DNA of 63,717 bases, counting the filler, from Octopus bimaculoides (Eukaryota): the NCBI RefSeq assembly GCF_001194135.2. It is 6 parts of 5 records of this genome, joined end to end, with 100 filler letters (N's around TTAATTAATTAA, not from the genome) between each part and the next. Parts side by side here need not be neighbours in the genome. Positions count along the whole stretch, not along the records: positions 26,352 to 50,028 come from NC_068998.1; positions 50,129 to 59,007 come from NC_069004.1; positions 59,108 to 60,937 come from NC_069001.1; positions 61,038 to 62,468 come from NC_069004.1; 2 more parts are not named here. One strand, given 5' to 3'. Made by a program: the position numbers and the translations under genes. Below, piece after piece: positions 48,274-62,468 of the stretch (within the stretch, counting starts at the first letter, position 1; every line of letters begins with the position of its first letter). Under the pieces are notes generated by a model. It saw nothing but the letters and a program-made list of their open reading frames with translations, ran no database searches and had not been told where the DNA came from.

Positions 48274-49349
48274 TAATAACAACAACAACAATAACAACAA
48301 CAACAAAAACAACAACAATAATAATAATAATGAAAATGTTGATGATGATGATGGGGATGATAATGATTTCTAATAAAGATGATGACAATAATAATAACAA
48401 TAATATTAATAATAGTAATAATANNNNNNNNNNNNNNNNNNNNNNNNNNNNNNNNNNNNNNNNNNNNNNNNNNNNNNNNNNNNNNNNNNNNNNNNNNNNN
48501 NNNNNNNNNNNNNNNNNNNNNNNNNNNNNNNNNNNNNNNNNNNNNNNNNNNNNNNNNNNNNNNNNNNNNNNNNNNNNNNNNNNNNNNNNNNNNNNNNNNN
48601 NNNNNNNNNNNNNNNNNNNNNNNNNNNNNNNNNNNNNNNNNNNNNNNNNNNNNNNNNNNNNNNNNNNNNNNNNNNNNNNNNNNNNNNNNNNNNNNNNNNN
48701 NNNNNNNNNNNNNNNNNNNNNNNNNNNNNNNNNNNNNNNNNNNNNNNNNNNNNNNNNNNNNNNNNNNNNNNNNNNNNNNNNNNNNNNNNNNNNNNNNNNN
48801 NNNNNNNNNNNNNNNNNNNNNNNNNNNNNNNNNNNNNNNNNNNNNNNNNNNNNNNNNNNNNNNNNNNNNNNNNNNNNNNNNNNNNNNNNNNNNNNNNNNN
48901 NNNNNNNNNNNNNNNNNNNNNNNNNNNNNNNNNNNNNNNNNNNNNNNNNNNNNNNNNNNNNNNNNNNNNNNNNNNNNNNNNNNNNNNNNNNNNNNNNNNN
49001 NNNNNNNNNNNNNNNNNNNNNNNNNNNNNNNNNNNNNNNNNNNNNNNNNNNNNNNNNNNNNNNNNNNNNNNNNNNNNNNNNNNNNNNNNNNNNNNNNNNN
49101 NNNNNNNNNNNNNNNNNNNNNNNNNNNNNNNNNNNNNNNNNNNNNNNNNNNNNNNNNNNNNNNNNNNNNNNNNNNNNNNNNNNNNNNNNNNNNNNNNNNN
49201 NNNNNNNNNNNNNNNNNNNNNNNNNNNNNNNNNNNNNNNNNNNNNNNNNNNNNNNNNNNNNNNNNNNTGTATCTTTATACTGTATACATTAAATAATATT
49301 TATCTTTCACTGGATGGAGTATTTTTGTTGATCATACCTTAATGGAACA

Positions 49350-49388
<39 letters not shown>

Positions 49389-49574
49389 CACTCTCTGAGT
49401 GGTTGGCGTTAGGAAGGGCATCCAGCTGTAGAAACTCTGCCAAATTTAGATTGGAGCCTGGTGTTGCCATCCGGTTTCACCAGTCCTCAGTCAAGTCGTC
49501 CAACCCATGCTAGCATGGAAAGTGGACGTTAAACGATGATGATGATGATGATGATATATATATACATACATACA

Positions 49575-49766
49575 TAGTCCTCCACCCAAAAAGTATTTAC
49601 ACTCTTCAGAAAAAGTAAAATCTGTATAAATATTCTAATTCAGTGTTATTGCAATTTGATAAAACATCGAAAGAGGTATTTATATTTATAGGGCTACTTA
49701 TACAAGTTAAATATTTATACAGATCTTTTCCTCTCCTGAAGTGTGTACGCATTTTTTTGGGCAGCT

Positions 49767-49770
<4 letters not shown>
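49575..49770. mobile_element. TA-flanked MITE with long imperfect terminal inverted repeats (Tc1/mariner-like)
   Basis: atctgtataaatatt (49620-49634) pairs with aatatttatacagat (49710-49724); tacac.cttcag and cccaaaaa are also mirrored. Confidence 0.5.
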
Positions 49771-49802
<32 letters not shown>

Positions 49803-50028
49803 TGTATGTATCCATACACATTGCTTTATTTTGAAGGAATGAGAAAAGAGTGCTCAATACATGTTGTAGAGGATGTGGTTCTTTTACTGAAACTAGAGCA
49901 GAGAGTTTGTCTTGTGACTTGAGTTTTCACACCACTGCCTGAAGATTGCAGTGGCATGAAACTTGAGTCATGAAACAAACTCTCAACTTTAGTTTTAATA
50001 AAATAATTATTATATACCTCAGGCCAAC

Positions 50029-50128
50029 NNNNNNNNNNNNNNNNNNNNNNNNNNNNNNNNNNNNNNNNNNNNTTAATTAATTAANNNNNNNNNNNNNNNN
50101 NNNNNNNNNNNNNNNNNNNNNNNNNNNN
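50029..50128. other. Artificial 100-bp scaffold spacer
   Basis: 44 N + TTAATTAATTAA (50073-50084) + 44 N. Confidence 0.95.
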
Positions 50129-50267
50129 ACGTCAACAATAAGCATAATGCAGAAATTTCGGCAGAAGAGAAGGGTCAATTGAAACGATTCCAGTCCTTGA
50201 GTGGTATTATATCTTATTGAACCTAGAACCTAAAAATCCCTGATCGGGTGCCAAAATTTGAAATATG

Positions 50268-51500
50268 AAGGCGGTGAGCTAGCAGAAACGTTAGCATACC
50301 GGGCGAAATGCTTAGCGGTATTTCGTCTGCCGCTACGTTCTGAGTTCAAATTCCGCCGAGGTCGACTTTGCCTTTCATCCTTTCGAGGTTGATTAAATAA
50401 GTACCAGTTACGCACTGGGGTCGATGTAATCGACTTAGTCCCTTTGTCTCTCCTTGTTTGTCCCCTCTATGTTTAGCCCCTTGTGGGCAATAAAGAATTT
50501 TAAAAATTTGAAACATCATTCTAGGTCCAATAAAGTTGCCACGGTAGGATTAGAACTCGGAACGTAGAAGGACTTAACTAAGAACCTACAGCATTTTGTT
50601 TGTTGCTCTACTGATTCTACCGAACCATCAAGCAGCAGCAGTAGTAGTGGTTTCAAATGTAGGCACAGGACCAGCAACTTTGAGGGGTGAGGTGGGGGTA
50701 GGTGCGTAATCGATACTATCGAATCTTGTTCTTAACTGATTTTTTATTTCATCGATCTCACAAAGATGAAAGGCAAAATTGACTTCTGCGAGATTTGAAC
50801 TCAGAACGTAAAGAACCGGAAAAAATGCTGCAAATCCGACGCTCAAAATGAGTCTGCCAATTTGCAGCCTTAATAGTAATGACAATGATTTCAGATTTTG
50901 GCACAAGGCCAGCAAGTTCGGTGAAGTGAGTAAGTCGATTACATTGACCCCAGTGATCAACTGGTACTCTTCTTATCGACCCCGAAAGGATGAGAGGCAA
51001 AGTCGACCGCGACGGAATTTGAACTCAGAATGTAAGGATGAACGAAATGCTTCCAAACGTTTTGCCCGGTGTGCTAACAAATCCAATTTCTTTACTGCCC
51101 ACAAGAGGTTACACACAGAAGGGGCAAACAAGGACAGACAAAGGGATTAAGCCGATTATATCGACTCCAGTGCGTAACTGGTACTTATTTAATCGACCCC
51201 GAAAGGATGAAAAGCAAAGTCGACCTCTGCTGAATTTGAACTCAGAACGTAGCGGCAGACGAAATACCGCTAAGCATTTCGCTCGGCGTGCTAACGTTTC
51301 TACCAGCTCGCCACCTTAATAATAATAATAATCCTTTCTATTAAAGGTACAAGGCCGGGAATTTTGGGGGAAGGGACTAATCGATTATATCGAGCCCAGT
51401 GCTTCACTGGTACTTAATTTATCGACCCCGAAAGTGACGGGCGAAATACCGCTAAGCATTTCGTCCAGCGCGCTAACGATTCTGCCCGCTCACCGCCTTA
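50268..51500. mobile_element. Cluster of five SINE family A copies (one +, four head-to-tail -)
   Basis: + copy 50268-50497; - copies about 50653-50872, 50888-51095, 51098-51319 and 51330-51500, several separated by (AAT)n. Confidence 0.8.
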
Positions 51501-52030
51501 ATAATAATAATAATGATGATGATGGGAGGAGAGAAGTTTGCACTTGTAGGCAAGGTTTACCTTAAAATCAAATGGTATGGACGATGATGAGGATGATGAT
51601 GAGGATGAAGATGATGATGGCGACGATCAGAAATAACGATAGTGACGATGATGAAAGATGATAGTGACAGGGCTGATAATGAAGATGATGATGATATCTG
51701 TGCGAGATAAGAAGCCGTGTAATAATAACTGGTCTTCTCTGATGTCTCCAAAGATAAATCAAAAGCGCCAGATGTAATTTCCGAGAGATTCTTCATTCCT
51801 ACCATCATCTCAGCTTTTCATTTTTTTTTTTTTACCTGTTCGTACCTTTCTCTGTTCCTCTTCACTTGTCAGCTTCCCTCTCTGTCCACCTAACTATCTA
51901 TTCATCTGCCTGCTTATATCTACTTGCCTATCTATCTATCTATCTTTGCCTATTTATCTATCTATCACCTTCTGCCTATCTGCCTATACCTATCTACCAA
52001 GCTCCCTCCCTCCCTACCTACCTACTTGGC

Positions 52031-52065
<35 letters not shown>

Positions 52066-52168
52066 CAACGCACAAAACTCTCGGACCTTGAGTCACTCTA
52101 TTATTTCCCCTAATCATTAATAAAAATATACGTATACTTTGAATCCTATTTTTCCTGTTTGTATCACC

Positions 52169-52218
<50 letters not shown>

Positions 52219-54241
52219 AAATCCATCTATATATATATATATAAGATCTATCTATATACAAACACATATACAGGTATATTTATATAATTATATNNNNNNN
52301 NNNNNNNNNNNNNNNNNNNNNNNNNNNNNNNNNNNNNNNNNNNNNNNNNNNNNNNNNNNNNNNNNNNNNNNNNNNNNNNNNNNNNNNNNNNNNNNNNNNN
52401 NNNNNNNNNNNNNNNNNNNNNATATATATATATATATATATATATATATAACATTATATATATATGTATAACATTATATATGCATATTATAGATACACAC
52501 ACACATATACACAAACATATATATATCGTTCTCTCTCTCCCGTCCCCAATTACTTTCTCCTCGTCTCTACATTTATTTTTACTTCCACCCGACAATCCAC
52601 CCCTTCGTTCACATCACCCACCTTCCCAAACACCTTTCGGTTAACACACACTCACACACACACACACACATTTTTATCGCATCGCATAACTTTTCTTATT
52701 CATTTTTCTTGCTTTAGTTTTACTTATCATTATCATCATCATCGACCTCATCTTAATACTTCATTAACAACGTCTATTATTATTTATTTAGTTATTCGTG
52801 TATTTTTATACTTTATTTATTTATTATGCCCCAACAGCAGCCTCCAGGCAGTCAGTAGTCCTCCACCTACCACAACAATTCACTTCTTATTCTATTTCGT
52901 ACAAGTCAGACGTCAGTGTCGGCGGTGTCAGTGTCTCGTGGTGTACTCTCGGAAAATCTCGTTGCTTTACCTTCTTCTCCGTCAATTTCTATATCTCTCA
53001 CTACCACCCACAGTTCACATACATACACACACACACATACACATATACCAACATCCTTCATTTTATTTCGTCGGTCGTCTGCTAAATAATTTTTTGGAAG
53101 AGGGCATTCGTAAATTTTTTTTATTCTCCTCTATTCTCGTTTTGTGTTTCTAGCAACGGTAAGTTAACACCAATATTTATTTATTTATTTTGTTAATTTT
53201 ATTTTATTTTATTTACTTGTTTGTCTATTTTTACTTTTTCCTTATGAAAATATAAAGTTTAAAAGAAACGAAACGAAAGTTTTTCGAAGTTTTTAGTTTT
53301 GAAACCCGTTTACTATCTATCTACATCTTTATCCATTTCTATCCATCTATCCAAGCATATAGACACACATACACGTAATATATATTCTTTTACTCTTTTA
53401 CATGTTTCAGTCATTTGACTGCGGCCATGCTGGAACACCGCCGTATATATATATATATATATATAAACACACACAAACATATATATACACGCAGACACAA
53501 TCATAAATACCTTCAAAACATGTATATTTTTGTATATATTTGTTTAGTTATCCAATATTTTGTATTCTTTATTTAACATTTATACTGTATGTCTCAAATT
53601 TTATATTGGATTTTATATGTCTTTTGCGCCCGGTTTTGGATCCTAAACCCTCCTCCCCTATCAACCATCCCTTGCTTCTATCGCAGCATCATCACAACCA
53701 CCATCTCCACCAACACAATCACCGCTACAACAGCCACATCATCATCAACACCACCACCACCACTACGACTCTCTGATGACCACCACCGCCAACATCGCCA
53801 CCAGTAACATCATTATCACGTCTTTCATTATTATCAACGTCACGGCAACCATTATCATCATCATCGTCATCATCATCAGCATTACCCTACCAATACCTTA
53901 CCCAACCACCCTTACCCTACCAACACCTTCACCATTATGACCACCACCACCACCTCCTGAGACGACAGCAATTACCATCATCACCACCACCACCACATCT
54001 TTTACCGTCATCACACCGCTACCATCTACCATTACATCACCACCACCTCCAACAACCATCACCACTACAAGCACATCACCATCATCCCCACCACCACCAC
54101 TACCCGCCATCACACTACCACCATCATCGTCATCATCATCATTACGACCATCAATGATATTTATAGAGATGCAACCTTCACAAGCTGCCTACTTGTACAT
54201 CAAAGCTCCAAAAGGCATGTGTAGGTGGCTGCTGCATGTGT

Positions 54242-54284
<43 letters not shown>

Positions 54285-57200
54285 TTATATATACATATAT
54301 ATATATGTGTGTGTTGTATATTATATGTATATAATATATTATGCATGTATGTGTTGTATTTATATATATCTATATATATACATATATATATATATATACA
54401 TACATATATATACACATATATATACATATATATATATACATATATATACACATATATATACATATATATACACATATTTAAATGTTTACGTATGCGCACC
54501 TGTGCATCCAACTGAGTGTGTCTGTATGTGAGTGTGGCTGTCTGTCTATATGATCTTCGTGTGTTTATGTCTATAGTTGTGTGTGTGTCTGTGTGTGCAG
54601 ATGTTTGTTTGGGCCTCTTCCTAAACCATATGCACACACGCATCTAATTCTCTCCTCTCTGGACAATTATGTGTGTATGTGTGTATGTGTGTATGTGTGC
54701 ACGCGTGCGCTAACTCGTATCTTCATATATGTGGGCGTGCATATACACATGCGCGTGTGCTGTGTGAGTGTGTGTGATGTCATGAAGAATATTCATACAT
54801 CGAATTCCAACACTAAACGGACATTATTTCTAATTTAAGTTCTCTCTGCAAGCTGGAATTTTCCTGCTTTTTTATTATTTTCTGAGTTTCCTGCATATCT
54901 TTCGCTAATCTCCAAATTCACACGCACGCACACACACNNNNNNNNNNNNNNNNNNNNNNNNNNNNNNNNNNNNNNNNNNNNNNNNNNNNNNNNNNNNNNN
55001 NNNNNNNNNNNNNNNNNNNNNNNNNNNNNNNNNNNNNNNNNNNNNNNNNNNNNNNNNNNNNNNNNNNNNNNNNNNNNNNNNNNNNNNNNNNNNNNNNNNN
55101 NNNNNNNNNNNNNNNNNNNNNNNNNNNNNNNNNNNNNNNNNNNNNNNNNNNNNNNNNNNNNNNNNNNNNNNNNNNNNNNNNNNNNNNNNNNNNNNNNNNN
55201 NNNNNNNNNNNNNNNNNNNNNNNNNNNNNNNNNNNNNNNNNNNNNNNNNNNNNNNNNNNNNNNNNNNNNNNNNNNNNNNNNNNNNNNNNNNNNNNNNNNN
55301 NNNNNNNNNNNNNNNNNNNNNNNNNNNNNNNNNNNNNNNNNNNNNNNNNNNNNNNNNNNNNNNNNNNNNNNNNNNNNNNNNNNNNNNNNNNNNNNNNNNN
55401 NNNNNNNNNNNNNNNNNNNNNNNNNNNNNNNNNNNNNNNNNNNNNNNNNNNNNNNNNNNNNNNNNNNNNNNNNNNNNNNNNCCACAAACAAATAAACAAT
55501 ATTTCGATGCTTTCAGTATCAAATGTGAAAAACACACGGAAGCATGGAAGCTGGCTCTTGTTAATGAAGTGTCAGCGGTGATGAATATCTGATATTTGTT
55601 TTATCATATGATCATCTTTCAGAGTATAGCATATATATGGGGAAATAAACTATTTTATACAATTACTTAATATATATTGATGGAAATGTCTGCAAGAATT
55701 GATCAGATTCGATCTTTTATTCAAAATTGCAAGTCTGTGAGAGGCAAACATTGCCACTTCTGGAGCCATGAATATAAAAAAATGTATGTTGTATTAGGAC
55801 CACTCGATTTCATAATTATTATCCTTTAAACTCTCCTCTTTAGGAAGAAGAGAGTGCCGTATATTCTTACTGGAAATTTTCTGTTTATACTCGCAATGGA
55901 AGCAGTGAAAGTTTTTATGCAACTGTAGCTCACTTTAACGCTATTTCTATTAAAGACTTTATGACAAGTATGGTCTACCAGAAAATGTTTATTCATAAGG
56001 TTTAGGAAAACCATGACTACATCGGAAAAATATTTTAACTAGATGGAGAAATACACCACATAATATTTCTTTACCTACGTTTGTGTTTATGATTTCTGCA
56101 TGTAATTTATTATATCTTTGAAGAAGTTACTTTTCAATACATCACAGTGGTAACGAGCAGCAAGTACAAAGGATCCTTCATCAGAAGCTAACCTAGAAAT
56201 GTATTAACTAATATTATTAACTGAATTTTAAAGGAATATTTGGGTGATTGAAATGTACGTAAATATACATGTTAAGTTTACTATAAGAGTAATATTTAAC
56301 AGTACCTAAATCTAGAATGGTATCGAAGAAATTAAATTCGTATCTATTGTTATGTTTAAACGTATTCTTTTGAGTATATCGATGAACTCTTTCTTAACAA
56401 TATCCATTGTGTGGCCATCTATACTTTGCAAAATTAATTGACTATCATGTCGGTAGAGACCTAACTATGTGGCGCATTATTTCTCCTATATCTAACAATT
56501 CATAAACGTCAGTCTAATCATAAGACCCTGTGATAACATCAACCAATTCCTGCTATTTACGTTTAGCCCTCAAAGGATCATCGTCGAATTGCAAATATTT
56601 ATTAGCATGTATAATAATATTAGTGCCTGAATGATTAATTGAAGTAAAACTTGTGCTGAATTCTAAAGCTTTCCCAAGAAAGAATTTAGCTATAGACGGT
56701 AGAAACTCCACTAAATAGAATTGACTAAAAAAGCATTATCTCTGTTACTGAACAACTTAATAATTGATAGACTGTTATTCTGTTACTGAGGAAAGTGGTT
56801 TAATTAATGTTAAAAATCATGGCATCTAAAATATTCTCATTGGTCCTAACTACCACAGTTTCCTCCGGATTTATTAATCTATATTCGAGATTGACAAGAA
56901 CATTAACCTTATGATCTTTAAAGGTAATTTATGGTTCACGTACCGCTCAACTTTCTACTCTATCGTTTATTTTTAGGCTGCTAAAGTGCTAGAGTCGGTT
57001 TTCTTATAGGTGTTACTGATATTGTTACAAAGGTGTCTGTGGAATGTGCAGCTATCAATTTCGTTCATATTTCTGGTTTTGCCTGAAGAAACAAAGATGT
57101 GTTTGGAATTTTTAGATTTTGGTAGATCCTTGCATAATAATATAGAGCATGTTTCTCACTTTGTTAGTAAACACCAACCCACACACAAATTAATATATTT

Positions 57201-57710
57201 GTATGCCAATACACACACACACACACACATATATATATATGCGAAACGATGGCTAAACATCTGCAATCGATGTTCACAGTTCTAGTAATGCCTAATAATT
57301 GTAACTTCTTTGTTAACCATTTCTTTAAATACATAAAGTACATTACAAAGTACGCCAATAATCACAGCTATAAATCTCGTAAAGTTGCAGTTTGTGTAGT
57401 GTACCTCCAGAGTTCTCAACTCACCATATATGTTTTATCTTTTATTCTTAACATTTTGTCAACGGCCGCTCTACAACTGGTTTCTATCGCAGTCGGACAT
57501 AACAGCTTTTGCCTATCTCAAATACTTGAACCCGGTTTGTTGTGCCTATATTTTTACAAAGCTTTTGACATGATATAGCATATATATGTGTGTGTGTGTG
57601 TTTGTAAGTGTGTTCTCTTTTGTTATTCTTCATAAAATTTCTCTGATGAGAAAATGTTTGACTGAACCCTAGAATAGTTCATTTGTTGTAATTTAAACAA
57701 GCAGGTACTT

Positions 57711-57769
<59 letters not shown>

Positions 57770-58536
57770 GTGAGTGTGTGTGTGTGTGTAAATATTGACA
57801 TTCATGAATACATGCTGAGTTACAAGTAAGTATGTATGCACGTATGTTGATATACATGGATGTCACTCACTGCACAAATGACATCCATGTATACTGTGTC
57901 TATGCATGCCTACCTACCTACCTACCAACCAGTTCATCTATGATTGTCTATCTATCTATCTATCTATCTACCTACCTATAGCCAAATGCAAACATGCTGC
58001 CACAAGGGCAAACCTAGCTCCTAACCAATTTATCTCACCCATCCATTTAAGATTCAACACAGAACCTTCTACATGGCCTCCCTATCTGCTAGAAATTGCT
58101 GTCAAATCACTATCACTATCAAATCACATCATAACTGACGGAAAAAGGAAGGACACATTAAAACAACATAATCCTCGATACACTTGCCTTAACAAAGGAT
58201 GCAGCGGTCATGTCCAGAATGCCTTTGATCTCAAATCTGATCAATCAGAGATTATATGACACTAAACAACTTGAATAACAAATAACTACCAACCTAGCTA
58301 GTTACCTACAGCCTCTGTCTATACCCTCATACCTCCTTCCCTGCCTATTAATCTACCTACATATATTACCCTACCTACATACATTTTTCCTACCTACCTT
58401 CTTGTCTTCAATTTCTCCACGCACCTATTTAACATACCAACGTACTTATGCACCTGGCTATCCATTTACCTAGCAAGCAACAAACCTAGGTATCAACCTA
58501 AGACACATGCAACCACATGCATAACGGCATCTACAC

Positions 58537-58575
<39 letters not shown>

Positions 58576-59007
58576 CATACATACATACATACGTACAAAC
58601 GCGAATATATACGCCTGAATATACCCGACTCACTCACACACATGCGCATAGCAACCATTCTATCTAGTTGCACATCTGACCAGGTAATTGCCACGCTGTA
58701 TCAGAACCAGCAGTGAAAGTTCCGTTACTTCACAAGAGTTGAACACCTGCGCCAGGAAGCTCCGCCCCACCCCGCCCCCCGTCCCCGTCAGATAAAACAG
58801 TCAGCATAGAGATGGCTATTACGTTACATCATAGTGAAAGACGATGATGGGTGAAATGTTCCGTTTCTTGTCTTTTCTTTCTACAATATGCTGCTACCTG
58901 ATGCTCTTCAACACAGCATCTTGCTCTGATTCCATTGACTATTTATTCCTCTTTCTTTCTCACCTTCTTCTATGTATACATTACACACATTATATATATA
59001 TATATAT

Positions 59008-59107
59008 NNNNNNNNNNNNNNNNNNNNNNNNNNNNNNNNNNNNNNNNNNNNTTAATTAATTAANNNNNNNNNNNNNNNNNNNNNNNNNNNNNNNNNNNNN
59101 NNNNNNN
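59008..59107. other. Artificial 100-bp scaffold spacer
   Basis: 44 N + TTAATTAATTAA (59052-59063) + 44 N. Confidence 0.95.
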
Positions 59108-59490
59108 CTTAAATAATGGAACTGCAGATACAATATCCTTACGTATCTCACGTCTGTTTTCATTCCCCCACTTCACTCTGTATTTCATATCTTCTCTATA
59201 ATAACTATTACTCAAACATTTTCTCGCACCGTCTCTGATGAAGGGATATATAAAATAACCTAGAAACAGCGGTAAGACCTTTTCTTTATAAATGTTCTGA
59301 AAACTTTCACAGCCTTGGATTTTTTACCTCATTCTGTTGATTTGTATGTATTTGCATGCTAATATACGACCTACGTTGGACTCCTCATTCGTATCATCAT
59401 CGAACCTGGAGCTTAATTATAGTCTGTCCATAGCGCTTACTCAATATTACCTGACACCTTTGGGTATTCTTGACACCAATAGATCTCATA
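59108..59490 (+). mobile_element. Possible Penelope-like terminal repeat carrying the 59231 hammerhead motif
   Basis: Non-microsatellite, T-rich sequence around a CTGATGA...GAAAC motif. Family assignment rests only on the known association of such motifs with Penelope-like elements. Confidence 0.35.
59231..59278 (+). ncRNA. Type I hammerhead ribozyme-like motif with canonical CUGAUGA core
   Basis: GTCT - CTGATGA - AGG...CCT (weak stem II, extra A) - GAA - AC agcg GT - A (GUA site) - AGAC. Stem I is GTCT/AGAC. Confidence 0.45.
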
Positions 59491-59534
59491 CACACATACA
59501 CACGACACACACACACACATATATAAAGTACTGT

Positions 59535-59830
59535 TTATTGCCCACAGGGGGCTAAACATAGAGGGGACAAACAAGGACAGACAAAGGGATTAAGTCAATT
59601 ACATCAACCCCAGTGCATAACTGGTACTTATTTAATCGACCCNNNNNNNNNNCAAAGGGATTAAGTCAATTACATCAACCCCAGTGCATAACTGGTACTT
59701 ATTTAATCGACCCCGAAGGGATGAAAGGCAAAGTCGACCTCGGCGGAATTTGAACTCAGAACGTAGCGGCAGACGAAATACCGCTAAGCATTTCGCCCGG
59801 CGTGCTAACGTTTCTGCCAACTCACCACCA
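59535..59830 (-). mobile_element. SINE family A copy
   Basis: Very similar to 51098-51319; internal repeat across the 10-N gap is an assembly overlap. Confidence 0.8.
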
Positions 59831-60411
59831 TGAGAGATAAGTATTATTTATTTAAAGAGCACAATACATGTCTTTAAGTGCTATTAATAGTTAGTTTCAT
59901 ATGTTGAGAAATACTTAAACATATTCTTCAGGCACAAACCACATATCACGACGAACTAAACCATGCCTGGTGTTAAAATACCTGGAAATCATAGACAAGC
60001 GAGATAACTCGCATCTTGTCGCATTCAGGAGCGATAGACATCAATGTTTCGTTATTTTTGCGACTTACCAATACCGCGTACCCGAAACGAGACCCGGTGT
60101 AAGCTAAATCGTTGTCTATGACAGAAAGGATTGAGAGGGGGAAATGTCGCATGGATATAATGTGTAGATATTTATTTATCGGTATGTATGTGTACATATA
60201 TATATATATTATATATACATACATATGTAAATGCATGTGTGTTACTTTATTTGTATATGTATACATATTTGTGTGTGTGTGTATACATACATGCACACAT
60301 ATTTATAAATACATTTACATACACATATATATACATACCTTTAGACAGAGACAGACAGACGGACGGACGGACGGACGGACAGACAGACAGGCAGGCAGGC
60401 AGACAGACAGG

Positions 60412-60447
<36 letters not shown>

Positions 60448-60937
60448 TAGATAGATAGAGAGATAGAGAGATAGATAGATAGACATATGTACATGTATGT
60501 TAGGATATGCATATATTTTCGCATTTCTGAATTTTTTGTAGATGCATGCAACTATAGAAAAAAAACATCATTCTTATGCTTTTATCTGGATATATGTAAC
60601 AGCATACATTTGCATGCATCTATTTATGTACACATATCCAGAAAACTATGACACACATATAGATTAACATAGACTTTTTAATTCAAATCTTTCCAATGAT
60701 CCTGTTTAAAATTTCTTAATAGAAATGTATATGTATAGCATATTTTCCTCTTCTCCTATATTACATAACAACTTTTCCTAAACGAACCAAAGTAAATCCC
60801 ATTTGAACAAAGGCGAACAAGTCAGGGCAAACTTTTTCTCCTTATACATCTTTATATATATATATACACACATATACGTATATATACGTACATACATATA
60901 TATACATATGTAATTATATATATATATATATATATAA

Positions 60938-61037
60938 NNNNNNNNNNNNNNNNNNNNNNNNNNNNNNNNNNNNNNNNNNNNTTAATTAATTAANNNNNNN
61001 NNNNNNNNNNNNNNNNNNNNNNNNNNNNNNNNNNNNN
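60938..61037. other. Artificial 100-bp scaffold spacer
   Basis: 44 N + TTAATTAATTAA (60982-60993) + 44 N. Confidence 0.95.
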
Positions 61038-61290
61038 TCCCACGTATTCTGCGTGCGGGATATGTAATAACTTTCTAAAGCACTTATTTTTAAATGTTTG
61101 GATTCTTCGCTCCATGTCAGCCGTAAGAGTCCACTTCTCACGTCCATACAGAAGAATCGAAGCCACCAGAGCCTTATAAACTCTGAGTCTTGTTGGAAAA
61201 CTAATAGAATTGCTTTTCCATATGTTGTTCATCTTCGTTATGGCAGCAGAGACTAAACTAAATCTTCTTGTTATCTCTTTTTGAGATTAG
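61038..61290 (-). mobile_element. RTE-clade LINE reverse transcriptase C-terminal fragment
   Basis: MNNIWKSNSISFPTRLRVYKALVASILLYGREKWTLTADMERRIQTFKNKCFRKLLHI fits the RTE post-RT signature IW..I...KLRLY..LV.S.LLYG.E.WTL. Cut by a scaffold join. Confidence 0.8.
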
Positions 61291-61727
61291 TATTAAAATA
61301 CGAGCTACTTTTAGTTTCGTACTTTGAAAGCTCAATAAACCGGCAGATTTATATATCATGGCTTGAGCTGGAGCTGCCCTCGAAGCAAGAAAGAGAGCAG
61401 CTCCAGCAGTTAGTGCTGTTGTACTCATTTCCGATTGAGTAGACAAGAACATTGCGAAATAAAGTTCGTTGCTCGAGGACACCACACCAGCGCCCGGTCT
61501 AAGAATCGGACCTACGATCGTATGAGGCTCAGCCTAACACTGCAGAACTAGACTAGACACATTTATCTATATTTTATCGTTTCTATTATTTAATTGTTTC
61601 AATCGTTAGACTGCGGCCATGCTGGGGCACCGACTTGAAGAAATTTTAGTCGAATTAATCGACTCCAGTACTTATCTATATATATAAAAATGAGAATGTG
61701 TGTCTGTCTGTCTGTCTNNNNNNNNNN

Positions 61728-61763
<36 letters not shown>

Positions 61764-62468
61764 ACACATAAATGGGAGTGGTGATGTTGGGGTGGTGTAT
61801 GGAATCAAGAGAGGAATTGGTGACAGAGGGGTGGGGAGCAGGTAAGTGGATGATGGTGCCACCAGGAAAGGAAAAAAGAGGTGCGTATGGAGAAATAGCT
61901 GTTGATTGTTTAGCTGGATTGATGTATAGGTGTAGTGCAATGATAAGAGGCACAATGATAAGAGGTAGGTAGGAACACGTACACTAAGTGGGGAAGAAAG
62001 TGTTAGGAAATATACAGGAACAGACAGAAAGATACGGGGAGGGTGAGACAGGCGGAATGAAAGACAGAGTGGAGAAGAATGAAAAAGAAAGAAAGGTAAC
62101 ACGATTTTAAAATGTGGGAAGAAACAATATGTCGAAGGTAGCAACACGGAAAACAGAATAAGCATGCATTAATTTGAAGCTGAATAAAAACTGAGAATGT
62201 AGAAATGTCTTTGATGATTCGAGCTTAAGCACTTCTTCAGAAAATTAGATAGATAGAAGGAAATGTATAAATGAAAGCAACCCTTCTGTCTGTCTCATTC
62301 ACTCACCATCTTTCTCTTTCCATATACATATGTATGGGTGTGCGTGCCCGCGCCTCTGTTTGTATATATATATGTTAATGTATGTCTGTCTGTCTCTCTG
62401 TATGTATGTATGTACCTCTCTCCCTCTCCCCCTCTATCTCCCTCTCCCCCTCTATCTCCCTCTCCCCC

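Noticed and set aside
56170-56190. CTGATGA cores on - here and near 13495-13503, and on + at 57645 and 53773
   Set aside because: No properly spaced GAAA with flanking stems; expected by chance.
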